Assembly (NCBI GenBank): GCA_019057795.1
Contig: JAHLWS010000021.1
Span: 32,001 to 96,000 of the forward strand
Reading direction: 5' to 3'
Length of the DNA: 64,000 bases
Source of the DNA: Promethearchaeota archaeon
GTDB taxonomy: Archaea; Asgardarchaeota; Lokiarchaeia; Sigyniarchaeales; SOKP01
The notes under the pieces: generated by a model
What the model saw: only the letters and a program-made list of their open reading frames with translations
Told to the model about the DNA's origin: nothing
Databases searched by the model: none
Part shown: positions 52,795 to 63,931 of the stretch, piece by piece
How positions within the stretch are numbered: the first letter of the stretch is position 1
How the letters are laid out: each line of letters begins with the position of its first letter
Program-made: the position numbers and the translations under genes

Positions 52795-54747
52795 TTACAA
52801 TAATTTATCTTTCTTTTTTTGCCTTTCTTGGAGGGGGTCTTTAATTGGTAATTCAACTGTAAATTTTGCTCCCATATTCCTTCCAGCTGATTCGACTCTA
52901 ATATTTCCACCATGTAATTCGATAATTTCTTTTGAGATGTATAATCCAAGACCGGACCCTTGAATATCGAGATATTCTAATCCTTTACCATGTCTTTCTA
53001 TTTTACCGAATTTAGTAAATAAATTATTAATTTCGTCTTCAATTAAGCCTACTCCTGTGTCAATTATTGATATTTCAATGCTTTTTCCTTCATGCTTGAC
53101 CAAAATTTTAATATTACTATTAGCAGGAGAATTTTTAATAGCATTTAAAAGCAAATTTATAATTACTTGTTCAAATCTTATTTTATCTACTTTTAACATT
53201 AAATTTGTGGGAAGCTCTAATGTTAAATTGATTTTCCGTTTTTTTAAAAAATAGTTCAGTTCATCTGATATATTTCTAATTATTTCACAAATATTATAAG
53301 ATTGTCTATTTAATATGAGTTTGGCAAAATCTATATGAGTTATCTCAAGTAGGTTATTAATAAGATATTGTAATCGCTGCTTATTTCTTTGTATTATTTC
53401 AAGTAGTTCCAAACCATTCCTATCCAATTTATCATTATAAACCTTAATAAGAAGTTCACTTGCCCCACTTATTGACATTAGTGGGGTTCTTAATTCGTGG
53501 GATGCATTTGTAATAAATTCCTTTTGTGTTTGATTTAATTCTTTTAATCTTCTAATCTGTTCTTTTATAAGAAGATCTGCTTTTTTTCGTTTTGTAATAT
53601 TGTGTATTATAACTTGAAAGAATGTTTCACCATTTAATTTGACTTGAGAAGCACGTAAATTTATCCAAACCAAATCTCCCTTTTTTCTATACATTTGAAT
53701 GTCTGTAGTATAAGTTTTTTCTCCTTTTAAAAATAGATTAAAGAGTTTTGTAAGTAATGATAGATATTTTGGATGAATAAATATAAGATCTTTAAAATTT
53801 TTACCAATCAATTCATTTTTTTCATATCCGCTGTATTTACTTGTTGCTGGATTGCAATCAACAATTTTTCCTTCTAAATTAAATAAAACTATAGAAAATG
53901 GTGAATCTTCAAATATTCTCCGATATTTTTTTTCGGATTCTTTTAATTTTATTTCTATTTTTTTACGCTCTGTAATATCTAATATTTGAGCAATAGTCGT
54001 CATTCCTCCCTTTAACTCGGGAGTTACTGTAGATATTATTTCTACACGCCTTTTTTCACCATCTTTCCTTACAATATTAAATTCGTATCTGGGAGGTACT
54101 TTTTCTCCTTTTTGTCTTCGAACATATCGGTCTCCTACAAGTTTTTTACCTTCATCGTCTAAGAAATTTCGAAAATCTTGACCGATAATCTCATCATAAG
54201 AGTAATTTAACATTTTACATAATTCATTATTTACATATATGAATTGATATTTCTCATTTACAATAAGAATTCCATCATGAGAATTTTCTACAATGGAACG
54301 ATAGCGTATTTCATTTTCTCGTAATTTTTCTTCTGATCTTTTTTGTTGAGTAATATCTCTTGTATTTACTAATACTAAATTAGGGGGAATAAAATCATAA
54401 ATTACAAAGAGTATTTTTTCTTTTCCCGTAGATTGATAAAGATATCTCATTTCCCTAGAAATATATTTTTGTTCATTAATACACTGATATAGTTCCTCTA
54501 AAATTTGAGGTTTTTTTTGATATAATTCTGATGCTTTAATGCCCAAAAAGTTAGTGATTTTATTGTCAGTAATTTCTTTAGCAGCTTTATTAAAATCAAT
54601 TAGTATCAAATCGTTATCTACTTTTTGCCAAAGATAAATGGGAGAAGGAATTTTCTTAAAAATAGATTTATAATCTTTATTTGTTATCATTAAATCAAGC
54701 CTCTTTTCATTTTTCATATTTATTAATAAAAAAATTAGTATACACAA
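52795..54747 (-). CDS. multi-PAS sensor histidine kinase
   Basis: Three PAS/PAC domains, SHELRTPL, NLLLNAIKN, DTGVG, GSGLGL. Confidence 0.92.
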   Translation of the reverse strand: MCILIFLLINMKNEKRLDLMITNKDYKSIFKKIPSPIYLWQKVDNDLILIDFNKAAKEITDNKITNFLGIKASELYQKKPQILEELYQCINEQKYISREMRYLYQSTGKEKILFVIYDFIPPNLVLVNTRDITQQKRSEEKLRENEIRYRSIVENSHDGILIVNEKYQFIYVNNELCKMLNYSYDEIIGQDFRNFLDDEGKKLVGDRYVRRQKGEKVPPRYEFNIVRKDGEKRRVEIISTVTPELKGGMTTIAQILDITERKKIEIKLKESEKKYRRIFEDSPFSIVLFNLEGKIVDCNPATSKYSGYEKNELIGKNFKDLIFIHPKYLSLLTKLFNLFLKGEKTYTTDIQMYRKKGDLVWINLRASQVKLNGETFFQVIIHNITKRKKADLLIKEQIRRLKELNQTQKEFITNASHELRTPLMSISGASELLIKVYNDKLDRNGLELLEIIQRNKQRLQYLINNLLEITHIDFAKLILNRQSYNICEIIRNISDELNYFLKKRKINLTLELPTNLMLKVDKIRFEQVIINLLLNAIKNSPANSNIKILVKHEGKSIEISIIDTGVGLIEDEINNLFTKFGKIERHGKGLEYLDIQGSGLGLYISKEIIELHGGNIRVESAGRNMGAKFTVELPIKDPLQERQKKKDKLL

Positions 54748-55003
54748 TAAATTTTTTTTGATGAGACCTATTCTTTAGAATCATAGATAGAATATACTCT
54801 TTTCTTTTTTTAAATAAATAAGCTTGATAATGCAAATTCAAACTTTATAGTCTTTATCAATCCGAAAAGGATTATTTTATTTCTTATCTTATATTTCTCT
54901 ATGATGATATATTACGAGAAAAATGAATATTTAAAATCATAATCATAAATTTCATTTTTTTACAATTTGTTTTAGATGTTTTAGATGAAAAAGTGAGAAA
55001 TTA

Positions 55004-55357
55004 ATGAATAATGAAGAAAAATTAGAATGGAAAAAATGTAATAATTGTGGATTTTTACAGCATCCATCCCATCTTAGATGTTTAAAATGTAAACACGACA
55101 AATTTGAAAAGATCGTTGCTTTCGGAAACGCTAAATTATTAACCTACACAATCTTAAAAGCGCCTCCTGCTGAATTTCGCAATAAATCTTCTTATGCTCT
55201 TGGAGTTGTTGAGTTTGAGAACGGAATTAAAGCTCTGGGACAAATTACGCCCCAAGATCGTTTAAAAGTTGGGATGAAATTAAAACCCATTTATAGAAAA
55301 ATTTGTGATAATTTAGATGGTAAGGAAGTATATGATTACGCTTTCGAACCAATTTAG
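55004..55357 (+). CDS. DUF35 Zn-ribbon/OB-fold protein (thiolase partner family)
   Basis: CNNCG...P...RCLKC, YT....PP, ALGVVE, Y.FEP. Confidence 0.9.
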   Translation: MNNEEKLEWKKCNNCGFLQHPSHLRCLKCKHDKFEKIVAFGNAKLLTYTILKAPPAEFRNKSSYALGVVEFENGIKALGQITPQDRLKVGMKLKPIYRKICDNLDGKEVYDYAFEPI

Positions 55358-55384
55358 TAGCCAAATAAAGAGGTAGTAGAAAAT

Positions 55385-57061
55385 ATGTTCTCTAATGAAG
55401 AACTGGAAAAAATTGAACAAGAACGAAAAGAATGGGAAGAAAATGTTTTAAATAAATATATCGAACGAGGAGAAAGAAGAGAAACTTTCGAAACTCCTTC
55501 AAACCTACCCTTAAAACACGTCTATGGACCCGGTGATCTTAAGAATATTAATTATTTAGAAGACCTTGGATTTCCGGGAAACCCACCATTTACGAGAGGT
55601 GTATATCCAAACATGTATCGTGGAAGAATTTGGACGATGAGACAATATGGCGGTTTTGCAGATGCTTCTAAAACAAACGAAAGGTTCAAATATTTAATAT
55701 CACAAGGGCAAAAAGGACTTTCAATTGCGTTTGATTTGCCAACACAGATGGGCTATAATAGTGACAATAAAATCTGTTTAGGAGAAGTAGGAAGGGTGGG
55801 TGTAACGGTTAACTCCTTGAGAGATTTTGAACAAGTGTTCGAAGGTATTCCTCTAGATAAGGTATCAACAAGTATGACTATTAATGCTCCTACTTCAGTG
55901 CTTTTAGCAATGTATATCGTTGTAGGCGAGAACCAAGGAATAAAACCTGAACAATTAATTGGTACGGTTCAAAACGATATCTTAAAAGAATATATCGCAA
56001 GAGGGACATATATTTATCCTCCTAAACCATCTTTAAGATTAGTAGCAGATGTGATCGAATATTGCTCCAAAAATTTGCCCCGTTTTAATACCATCAGCAT
56101 TAGTGGGTACCACATGCGAGAAGCGGGATGTAACGCTATTCAAGAAATTGCCTTTACGATAGCAGATGGTATTGCGTATGTTGAAGAAGTTCTTAGTCGG
56201 GGAGTTAATATTGACGAATTTGCCCCAAGATTATCTTTCTTCTTTACAACTCATAATAATTTTTTTGAAGAAATAGCAAAACTGCGTGCAGTTAGAAAGT
56301 TGTGGGCAAAAATAATGAAAGATAGGTTCCACGCTAAGGATCCAAATTCAATGAGATTACGCTTCCATACCCAAACTGCGGGAGTCACGCTAACGGCCCA
56401 ACAACCTAATGTAAATATTATTAGAGTAACCCTTCAAGCGTTAGCAGCAATTCTAGGGGGAACACAATCGCTTCACACCTGTGGTGCAGACGAGGCTTTA
56501 GCAATTCCAACAGAAGACTCTGTGAGATTATCCTTAAGAACTCAACAAGTTCTTGCGTATGAATCGGGAGTTACCGATGTTGTGGACCCATTAGGGGGTT
56601 CTTATTATATCGAGTACTTAACTTCAAAATTAGAAGAAAAAGCTTTAGAATATATTGAAAAAATTGACACATTGGGAGGTATATCTACTGCCATTGAGAG
56701 TGGATTCATTCAACGGGAAATTCAAAATAATGCATACCACGAACAGAAGAAAATAGAAGCGGGAATTAATCAAGTAATTGGTGTAAATACTTATTGTACT
56801 GAAGAAGAGTGTAAAATAAAAACCTTTAAACACGATATTGACGAGGAACAAAAAATAATATCATCTCTCGGCGAATTAAAAAAAAGTCGAGATGAGACCT
56901 TAGTTGAAACAAAACTAGCTGAATTAAAAAAGGTGGCTGAATCTTCTAAGAATATTATGCCAATCATGATTGAAGTAGTTAAAACCTATGCTACAATAGA
57001 AGAAATTTGTAGCGTCTTAAGAGAAGTTTTTGGCGAATATAAAAGTCCCCAAACATTTTAG
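55385..57061 (+). CDS. methylmalonyl-CoA mutase, N-terminal (substrate-binding) subunit
   Basis: PFTRG.Y..MY, WTMRQY, AFDLPTQ, QNDILKEY..RG, ISGYH.REAG; the Tyr/Arg specificity pair indicates MCM rather than ICM. Confidence 0.93.
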   Translation: MFSNEELEKIEQERKEWEENVLNKYIERGERRETFETPSNLPLKHVYGPGDLKNINYLEDLGFPGNPPFTRGVYPNMYRGRIWTMRQYGGFADASKTNERFKYLISQGQKGLSIAFDLPTQMGYNSDNKICLGEVGRVGVTVNSLRDFEQVFEGIPLDKVSTSMTINAPTSVLLAMYIVVGENQGIKPEQLIGTVQNDILKEYIARGTYIYPPKPSLRLVADVIEYCSKNLPRFNTISISGYHMREAGCNAIQEIAFTIADGIAYVEEVLSRGVNIDEFAPRLSFFFTTHNNFFEEIAKLRAVRKLWAKIMKDRFHAKDPNSMRLRFHTQTAGVTLTAQQPNVNIIRVTLQALAAILGGTQSLHTCGADEALAIPTEDSVRLSLRTQQVLAYESGVTDVVDPLGGSYYIEYLTSKLEEKALEYIEKIDTLGGISTAIESGFIQREIQNNAYHEQKKIEAGINQVIGVNTYCTEEECKIKTFKHDIDEEQKIISSLGELKKSRDETLVETKLAELKKVAESSKNIMPIMIEVVKTYATIEEICSVLREVFGEYKSPQTF

Positions 57062-57099
57062 GAAATTTATCAAAATACTTTAAAATCTTAAAGATATTC

Positions 57100-58530
57100 T
57101 TAACTTTTTAGTTTTCTCTTATAGTTAGTAATTTTAGGTAATAATGGAATGAATTCAAGAGGATCTCCAAATACGGGTACTCTTTTTTTTGCTAATAACC
57201 TAGAAATACGATAACTTTCTTCGGGACGGTGGGCTCTCTCTAAAATTGGAATTAATGGTTTGTTATGTTTATGTCCTAAATTTAAAGCCTCAAGCATATC
57301 AAATTCAAAGTTCTCAGCTTGTGTTATGGAATACTCGGGATCAAAATACCAACTTGGAAGGTCCATAATTAGGGCATCGATTTTTTCGTCGGATAAAGCA
57401 AGATCAATTATTTCCTTAATGCTCTGACTGTAAAATAGTTGTGCTGCTACATCTAAAGGGTTTTTAGAACTTGTACCACGAATAATGAATTTTTTATCCA
57501 ATTGTTCTTGAATTTTAGGGCTAAATTGTGGTACATTCATTCTGAATTTTTCAATTAGATCAACTAAGATAACCCCATAACCGCCACTTAAACTGAAAAC
57601 AGCAATATTTTGCAATTCATTAATTCCGTAGAAGTCTATTAACCGCGCAGTATGCATCAATTGTTCTAATGTTTCAACTTCAATAAGATTATGTTGTTTG
57701 AAAATAGAATTCCAAATTTGAGTATTACCCGAGAGAGACGCTGTATGAGTTTTAGCTGCTAGCGCCCCACTTTCGGATTTTCCACCTTTTAAAATTACAA
57801 TCGGTTTTTTGTTTTCAGCAAGAACTTGTCTTAAATCATCTCCTCGATTTCCTTTAATACCTTCTAAATAACACAAAATCAAGTCAGTTTCATCGTCGTT
57901 GCTTAAAAAATGCAAAATGTCTATGAAGTCTAAATCTGCTCCGTTCCCAAATGAGAATACTTTGGAAAAATGAATACCCATTTCTTTCGCAGTATAGATA
58001 GCAATATTACATACACCTCCTGATTGGCCTATAAACCCGATATTTCCAGGAGTCGTTGGGAATTTTGAACGCCAAGCTATGCCTAATTTTGGGTAAAATA
58101 TTCCCATACCATTAGGTCCAAGAATTCTAATTTTATTTTGACCGCATTTTATTATTTCTTTCTCTAAACGACGACCCTCTTCAGTTCCTGCATCGGAAAA
58201 CTCTGCTGTAAAGATGTTGACTAATTTGACACCTTTCCCCACGCAATCGTCGATAACATCTAATACTTGTAACGCGGGCACTGTAATAAAAGCAAAATCA
58301 ACTTTTCCAGGAATGTCTTTAATAGAAGAATAAATGTTTTCTGTAGGAAAATTAGGAATTTCTTTAACTTTGGGGTGGACAGCATATAGTTCTCCCTTAA
58401 AATTTTCTTGGTGATTCCTAAGGAAAAAGAAGTTTCGTTTCTTTGAAGGACCTACAACTGCCATTGATTGAATATTATTAATAAACGAAATATCTTTAAC
58501 ATTTAAGTTAAAAGTTTTAGATGGCGTCAT
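57100..58530 (-). CDS. NDP-forming acyl-CoA synthetase alpha-like CoA-binding protein
   Basis: GPNGMG, QSGG, FGNGADLD, THTASL, SGG.G, NPLD. Confidence 0.88.
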   Translation of the reverse strand: MTPSKTFNLNVKDISFINNIQSMAVVGPSKKRNFFFLRNHQENFKGELYAVHPKVKEIPNFPTENIYSSIKDIPGKVDFAFITVPALQVLDVIDDCVGKGVKLVNIFTAEFSDAGTEEGRRLEKEIIKCGQNKIRILGPNGMGIFYPKLGIAWRSKFPTTPGNIGFIGQSGGVCNIAIYTAKEMGIHFSKVFSFGNGADLDFIDILHFLSNDDETDLILCYLEGIKGNRGDDLRQVLAENKKPIVILKGGKSESGALAAKTHTASLSGNTQIWNSIFKQHNLIEVETLEQLMHTARLIDFYGINELQNIAVFSLSGGYGVILVDLIEKFRMNVPQFSPKIQEQLDKKFIIRGTSSKNPLDVAAQLFYSQSIKEIIDLALSDEKIDALIMDLPSWYFDPEYSITQAENFEFDMLEALNLGHKHNKPLIPILERAHRPEESYRISRLLAKKRVPVFGDPLEFIPLLPKITNYKRKLKS

Positions 58531-58750
58531 TAATGGTATAAAATTAAGTATGAATTTAATAGTTTATAAAATCTAAAAATGAAAAATTTAAAAAAATTAT
58601 GTTAAAATAGCGGATAGTCTCTCTAAAAACAAATAATTAAAACTTAAACAGTTTGTGGAAAAATTTTTACTCTGAAATTATATATTTATGTTCTTACTAT
58701 TTCTATTTTAACAACAAATTTTTTTTTAAATCATAAAGTGAAAACCCATT

Positions 58751-59671
58751 ATGATTAACAAAACCATTTTACATATGATCCACGACTTAAAAACAGATAA
58801 AACTTCAGGAGCGAGTGAATTAATAGAAATCGCACTTGAAATTTTAGAAGCCTATCTTCATACGATAAAAGATCCTAATATGGATGTAAAAGAGGATATA
58901 TTTGATTTATCTAAAGAACTATTTAACGTTCGCCCAAGTATGGCTCCTATAATCAATACAATTGGATATTTTATTCATGATTTGGAACTTTTCAGCAAAC
59001 AAACACTTTTAGAAAAATTAAAGACATTTCTTGCAGAAAGATTAAGGATAGATAAAGCTTTAACTTCCTCGTTTCATTCGTTTTTAGATAGATTCGAAGG
59101 GAAAAAACTAAATGTAATGTTAATCTCTTACAGTACTACAATTATTAAGCATTTGAAAGAAAATACAAAAAACGATTTTACCTTTTACGTTTTAGAATCT
59201 CGTCCTTTGCTTGAAGGGCGTCGTACCGCCGAAATATTGGCTTCTAATTTTGAAACACATTTAATAACAGATTCAGCGATGGGGAAGTTCATCAAAAAAG
59301 TTGATATCGTTCTTCTCGGAATTGATAGCGTACTGCGAGATGGGTCAATAGTAAATAAGATAGGGAGTTATCCTTTAGCATGTATTGCCTCTGCGAATAA
59401 TAAAGATGTTTACGCAGTTGGGGATTCTTTTAAATATAATTTAAAGAGTCATTATAACCAGAAAATAATTATCGAGACCAAGCCTATCTACGAAGTATAT
59501 TCTAAAAAAATTAAAAAAGAATTGTTTAAAGTCCATAATCTTTATTTTGATATAACCCCATCTAACTATTTTAAAGAAATAATCTCCGATTTAGGAATAT
59601 TGACGATGCCAGAGTTTTTGGAGAAAGTCAAAAGTACGCTTCCATTAGAATGGTTCAAATCATTTCTTTAA
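58751..59671 (+). CDS. eIF2B alpha/beta/delta family (IF-2B / ribose-1,5-bisphosphate isomerase-like)
   Basis: SGASE, RPSMA, SYSTT, ESRPLLEG, G.D.V..DG..VNKIGS, FDITP. Confidence 0.85.
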   Translation: MINKTILHMIHDLKTDKTSGASELIEIALEILEAYLHTIKDPNMDVKEDIFDLSKELFNVRPSMAPIINTIGYFIHDLELFSKQTLLEKLKTFLAERLRIDKALTSSFHSFLDRFEGKKLNVMLISYSTTIIKHLKENTKNDFTFYVLESRPLLEGRRTAEILASNFETHLITDSAMGKFIKKVDIVLLGIDSVLRDGSIVNKIGSYPLACIASANNKDVYAVGDSFKYNLKSHYNQKIIIETKPIYEVYSKKIKKELFKVHNLYFDITPSNYFKEIISDLGILTMPEFLEKVKSTLPLEWFKSFL

Positions 59672-59753
59672 AATCCAAGTTCTATTTTTTATTTTTAACA
59701 TTTTTGGCGGATAACTATAAATATCTTGTATAAAGAATTTAATTTAGGCTACC

Positions 59754-60932
59754 ATGTCAATTGATGAAAATTTAGCGTATGAAATTACAAAAAGATTATC
59801 ATTTCCTCGATTAGTTGGCTCAGAAGGAGAAAAAAAGGCAATCAAAGTAGTTGTAGACGAGTTTGAAAAGGTGGGTTATAATACTGTCAATCGCGAGAAG
59901 TTTAAAACTTCGCTATACAATTGGAAGAAGACCGAGCTTTTGTTTTTGACTACGGGAATATTATTTATCCTTTTAGCGATATCGTATTATTATATGCCAA
60001 TTTTATCGTTGGTAATCATTACTCTAATTGTAATAAGTATATTGAAGTTACTTAAGATTTCTGATTCAAATAAGATAAAATTAATGAAGAATGATAGGTA
60101 TAATTTCGAAACTGAAAACATTTATGTAAATTTAAAAAGCAAGAATTCTTTGGCCAATCTTATCTTTATTGCTCATTATGACTCGAAATCTCAACTATAC
60201 CCTTCAATTTTTAGGGCTTATTTAATAATTGGCTTATTTTTTGGCGGAGTAATTCTATTAGTTGTATTTTTCGTCTTAAGCGTTTTAAAGATTATTTTTA
60301 CATTTAATAATCTCATCTTGAATAATATCCTTTTGGGCGTCAGCATAGTAATGGGGATATTGGCAATATTAAATTTTTTCAATAAAGTCGGTAATAAATC
60401 TCCAGGAGCGACAGATAATGCCACGAGCGTTGGTACAGTTATTGCCCTCTCGAAATATTTTAAGAACAATCCTTTAGAAAATATTGATTTTACGTTTTTA
60501 ATTCCGGGTTCTGAAGAACTTAACTTAGGTGGAGCGATTGATTTCATGCAAAAACACAAAAATGAAATAGATAAAGACACAACATATTGTATAAACTATG
60601 ATATTATAGGTACACATGGCGTGCTAAGAAATGTAACGTCTTACGGAATTCCTAAGAAAGCAACCAGTACAAAATTGAACGAGCTATTTCTGAGCAGTAG
60701 TAAAATCTTAGGGGTTGAAATGAAGGAGATATACATTCCTACAGGAGCTTGGGGCGATCATCAACCATTCATTTATGCGGGTTATAATGCTTGTATGCTT
60801 GGTTCCACTGGAAGTATGAAATACGTCCATTCTAAAAAAGATACGATGAGTTTAGTTTCTAAAGAGGGTTTAAATAACATTTTTAGTTTATCAATTGAGG
60901 TTGCTAATAGGTTAAACAAAGAATTAACTTAA
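59754..60932 (+). CDS. membrane-bound M28 family peptidase
   Basis: FPRLVGSEGE, AHYDS, GATDNATS, SEE, D, HS..D; 4 TM segments. Confidence 0.88.
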   Translation: MSIDENLAYEITKRLSFPRLVGSEGEKKAIKVVVDEFEKVGYNTVNREKFKTSLYNWKKTELLFLTTGILFILLAISYYYMPILSLVIITLIVISILKLLKISDSNKIKLMKNDRYNFETENIYVNLKSKNSLANLIFIAHYDSKSQLYPSIFRAYLIIGLFFGGVILLVVFFVLSVLKIIFTFNNLILNNILLGVSIVMGILAILNFFNKVGNKSPGATDNATSVGTVIALSKYFKNNPLENIDFTFLIPGSEELNLGGAIDFMQKHKNEIDKDTTYCINYDIIGTHGVLRNVTSYGIPKKATSTKLNELFLSSSKILGVEMKEIYIPTGAWGDHQPFIYAGYNACMLGSTGSMKYVHSKKDTMSLVSKEGLNNIFSLSIEVANRLNKELT

Positions 60933-60957
60933 ATTGCTTCTTTAAGAAATAATTTTT

Positions 60958-62313
60958 CTAATCTGCTTTTTCCGCCATATAAGGTTTCAAAGATATAATC
61001 GCTATTACATACAAAGGAATTACGGATAGTTCGATAAATATTGAGATAATGAAAGGAGCGCTTGGACCTAAACTATCCCAAGCCAATCCTCCTAAAATTG
61101 GGCCTAGAACTGCACCTAATAAGCTCAACCATTGTGCTGCTCCAAAAACTTTTCCACGGTGGATTTTTGATATTCGACTGAGGACATTTTGTAAAATTAA
61201 GTTACCTCCCCAAGCAAAAGTCGCGTCAAAAAGTAAGATAAAACCAAACATGAATCCCGATGTAGAATTAATTATAAACCAGGTTGCTAACGCCCCAAAC
61301 CCACTTACAACTGCAACCCCTAATACGGGATTTACTTTATCAGCAATCTTACCTAATTTAGGAGCAAATAACATAGATAAAACCTGAGCGGGAAAATAAA
61401 TTAACATTACTAGAATAGGCATCTCAACTTTCAATTCTTCAATCAAATAAACTTGAAAGAAGGGATACGCTAAAGATTGATTCATACTACTCACCATAAA
61501 GGCAATGGTCAACACGCTGAAACCGAAAAAAAATCCTTTCGCTAAGTTGTTCTTGGGTTTTACAGAAGTATCTTGTATCACTGGTTCTTTAGAAACCATG
61601 ATTGGTTCGACTGAGGATGGAAATAAATTGAAAATATGCTTTTCGTATGTGAGTTCTTCGTTGACTTTACGATGAAAAATTATACCTCCAAGAACATTAG
61701 ATGCAGCAAACAATATTAATGGGCTGTAAACCAAAAAATGATTTTCAGGAGTAAATGTAATTGCTAAACCAAAAACAATTACACTAATAATTGATCCAAC
61801 TAGATTTCCTTTTCCTATCATTCCAGTTCGTTTTCCGAACGCAAAAGAACGATTTGATTTATTTGACTTCTCAGAAATTAACGTATCTAATGGTGTCCAA
61901 AAAAATCCTACAAAAAGCCCTAAAACAAACATCCCAATAGCGAATAATAATAAAGAAGATAATAAAATGCCCAGATACATTAAAATATAGCTTGCTCCAC
62001 GCCCAAAACTCCCTATTAGGATTAATAGCTTTTTTGAAACTCTGTCAGTTAAATAACCAACAAATGGAGCACTGATTAACCCCCCTATAGTTTGTATTGA
62101 AAACATAAGCCCTAACACCGTTCCCGTAGCCCCTAATAATTGGACTGTGACATACGGGATTAAAAATGAGAAAAAAAAGAATCCCATGCTGTTCCAAAAG
62201 ATGATTCTGATCATAGGAACGAAATCTGGAGTAATCTTCATTCTGTTTGCGTTTGTTTCTTCTGGCCTACTTTCAGAATCAAATGGATTACCGTTATCAA
62301 TATTGTGCGACAA
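60958..62313 (-). CDS. MFS transporter
   Basis: GYLTDRVSKK, GKIADK, RGKVFG, GPILGG; about 12 TM. Confidence 0.9.
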   Translation of the reverse strand: MSHNIDNGNPFDSESRPEETNANRMKITPDFVPMIRIIFWNSMGFFFFSFLIPYVTVQLLGATGTVLGLMFSIQTIGGLISAPFVGYLTDRVSKKLLILIGSFGRGASYILMYLGILLSSLLLFAIGMFVLGLFVGFFWTPLDTLISEKSNKSNRSFAFGKRTGMIGKGNLVGSIISVIVFGLAITFTPENHFLVYSPLILFAASNVLGGIIFHRKVNEELTYEKHIFNLFPSSVEPIMVSKEPVIQDTSVKPKNNLAKGFFFGFSVLTIAFMVSSMNQSLAYPFFQVYLIEELKVEMPILVMLIYFPAQVLSMLFAPKLGKIADKVNPVLGVAVVSGFGALATWFIINSTSGFMFGFILLFDATFAWGGNLILQNVLSRISKIHRGKVFGAAQWLSLLGAVLGPILGGLAWDSLGPSAPFIISIFIELSVIPLYVIAIISLKPYMAEKAD

Positions 62314-62488
62314 TTAAAAAAGCTCCCATAAAACTATTACATTTAATAAAAATCCATTTCCTAAAAAGTTCGTTATTTTAAGTTTTAACATAAATTTATG
62401 GAATAAATGAATAAAACTTAATTTTTTAAGAAGATTTTTCTTAATACAAATTATCAATTAGAAAACAAAAATAAATTTTTAGAGAAAA

Positions 62489-63478
62489 ATGTTAACTTCA
62501 GAACACATTAAAGAAATTTTAAAGGATTACACTATTAATCTTCGATTCCACGCACGCGGGGGGCAAGGAGGCGTTACTGCTTCTAACTTATGCGTCGAAG
62601 CTTTTTATGGCTATGGCGTCTGTCAACCGAGATTTGGAGCAGAACGAATGGGAAGTCCGACTGAAAGCTATGTTAGACTTTCTGCGAACGCAGATTTAGT
62701 AAGGTCAAATGAACAAGTGTATGACCCCCATTTCGTAGCTGTGTTAGATGAATCGTTGCTCTCAGAAGTAGATGTAACTGCTGGTGTACCCAAAGGAGGC
62801 TGGTTGATAGTAAATACCGTAGCGGACCAACTAACCATTCAAGAAGCTGTAAAGAGAAAAGACATAAACATTGCTACAATCGATGCGACACGAATTGCTT
62901 TAGATGTTTTAGGTCGAAACATTACAAATACTATTATATTAGGTGCTTTAATAAGAATCTCTCACCTCTTTACTCTCGAAGAATTATCTAATGCCATCAT
63001 GAAGCGATTCAAAGGAGCTATAGCTGGAAAAAATATCGAAGCAATAAAGCAAGCAATTGAAGAAACTTGCATATTTGACATCGGAGTCGAGCCAGATTTT
63101 ACGGTTGACACTAAAGTACCGTGGCAACAAATAGATTTAGGCTTACCTGGATATAAGGAATTAGATAAAGCGGGTGTTTGGTATTGCGACGAAAAAGTAA
63201 TCCCTGTTGGAAGCGACCAAGTGAATACTGGTTCGTGGGGCGAATGGGATATGATTTGGGATGCGGAAACATGTACAAATTGCGCTCAGTGTTGGTTTAT
63301 TTGCCCTGATTTTGCCATTATTAGAGAAAAAAGGGAAGACGGCAAATATCATATGATTGGAATTGATCTACTTCATTGTAAATCATGTTTAAATTGTCTA
63401 AATATCTGCCCTGTTCAAGCAATAAGTAAAAAATTGAAACAAGGACCGGCTGCTTGTGCAGTACCGGAAGAAAATTAA
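62489..63478 (+). CDS. 2-oxoacid:ferredoxin oxidoreductase gamma-delta fusion
   Basis: RFHARGGQGGVT, PRFGAER.G.P, TGSW, CTNCAQCWFICPD, CKSCLNCLNICP. Confidence 0.9.
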   Translation: MLTSEHIKEILKDYTINLRFHARGGQGGVTASNLCVEAFYGYGVCQPRFGAERMGSPTESYVRLSANADLVRSNEQVYDPHFVAVLDESLLSEVDVTAGVPKGGWLIVNTVADQLTIQEAVKRKDINIATIDATRIALDVLGRNITNTIILGALIRISHLFTLEELSNAIMKRFKGAIAGKNIEAIKQAIEETCIFDIGVEPDFTVDTKVPWQQIDLGLPGYKELDKAGVWYCDEKVIPVGSDQVNTGSWGEWDMIWDAETCTNCAQCWFICPDFAIIREKREDGKYHMIGIDLLHCKSCLNCLNICPVQAISKKLKQGPAACAVPEEN

Positions 63479-63646
63479 ATCATTTTTTTAAATCTTTTTT
63501 ATTACCTAAACGGAGTATTTTCAAAGAGAAATTGATTATTATTGTGGTAATCTGTTTTTAATCCAGATAAAAATTTAAAAATTAACACTCTCTTCTTTTT
63601 TCTTTTAAATACTTTTATATTATATTTATAATAAGATAAGGAAAAT

Positions 63647-63931
63647 TTGGTTTTTTCTAAAATAGAGTCTGAATTTTATTTGAAGAAGAAAAAAGATATG
63701 TTTTGTCGTAAGCCAGGTAAACCTAAGTGTGATAGAAACATAAATAATTTTAAGAACACTTATCACGATTTGGAAAATGAAGTTAAAATTAATCAAAAGA
63801 AAGGAAATAAAAAAATAATATCAAATATTGTACCAGAGCGTATACAAACGCAAAAAATTAATGCAAATGGAGAAATAGACCTTAAAACTTATGCTATAGG
63901 AGTTGTTGATAAGTATAAAAAAGAAATCTAA
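63647..63931 (+). CDS. hypothetical protein; the frame stays open past TAA to the window end, so possibly a disrupted longer gene
   Basis: ORF only; continues EARRKLGYGSKQLIFDDKPISAA after the stop. Confidence 0.35.
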   Translation: MVFSKIESEFYLKKKKDMFCRKPGKPKCDRNINNFKNTYHDLENEVKINQKKGNKKIISNIVPERIQTQKINANGEIDLKTYAIGVVDKYKKEI

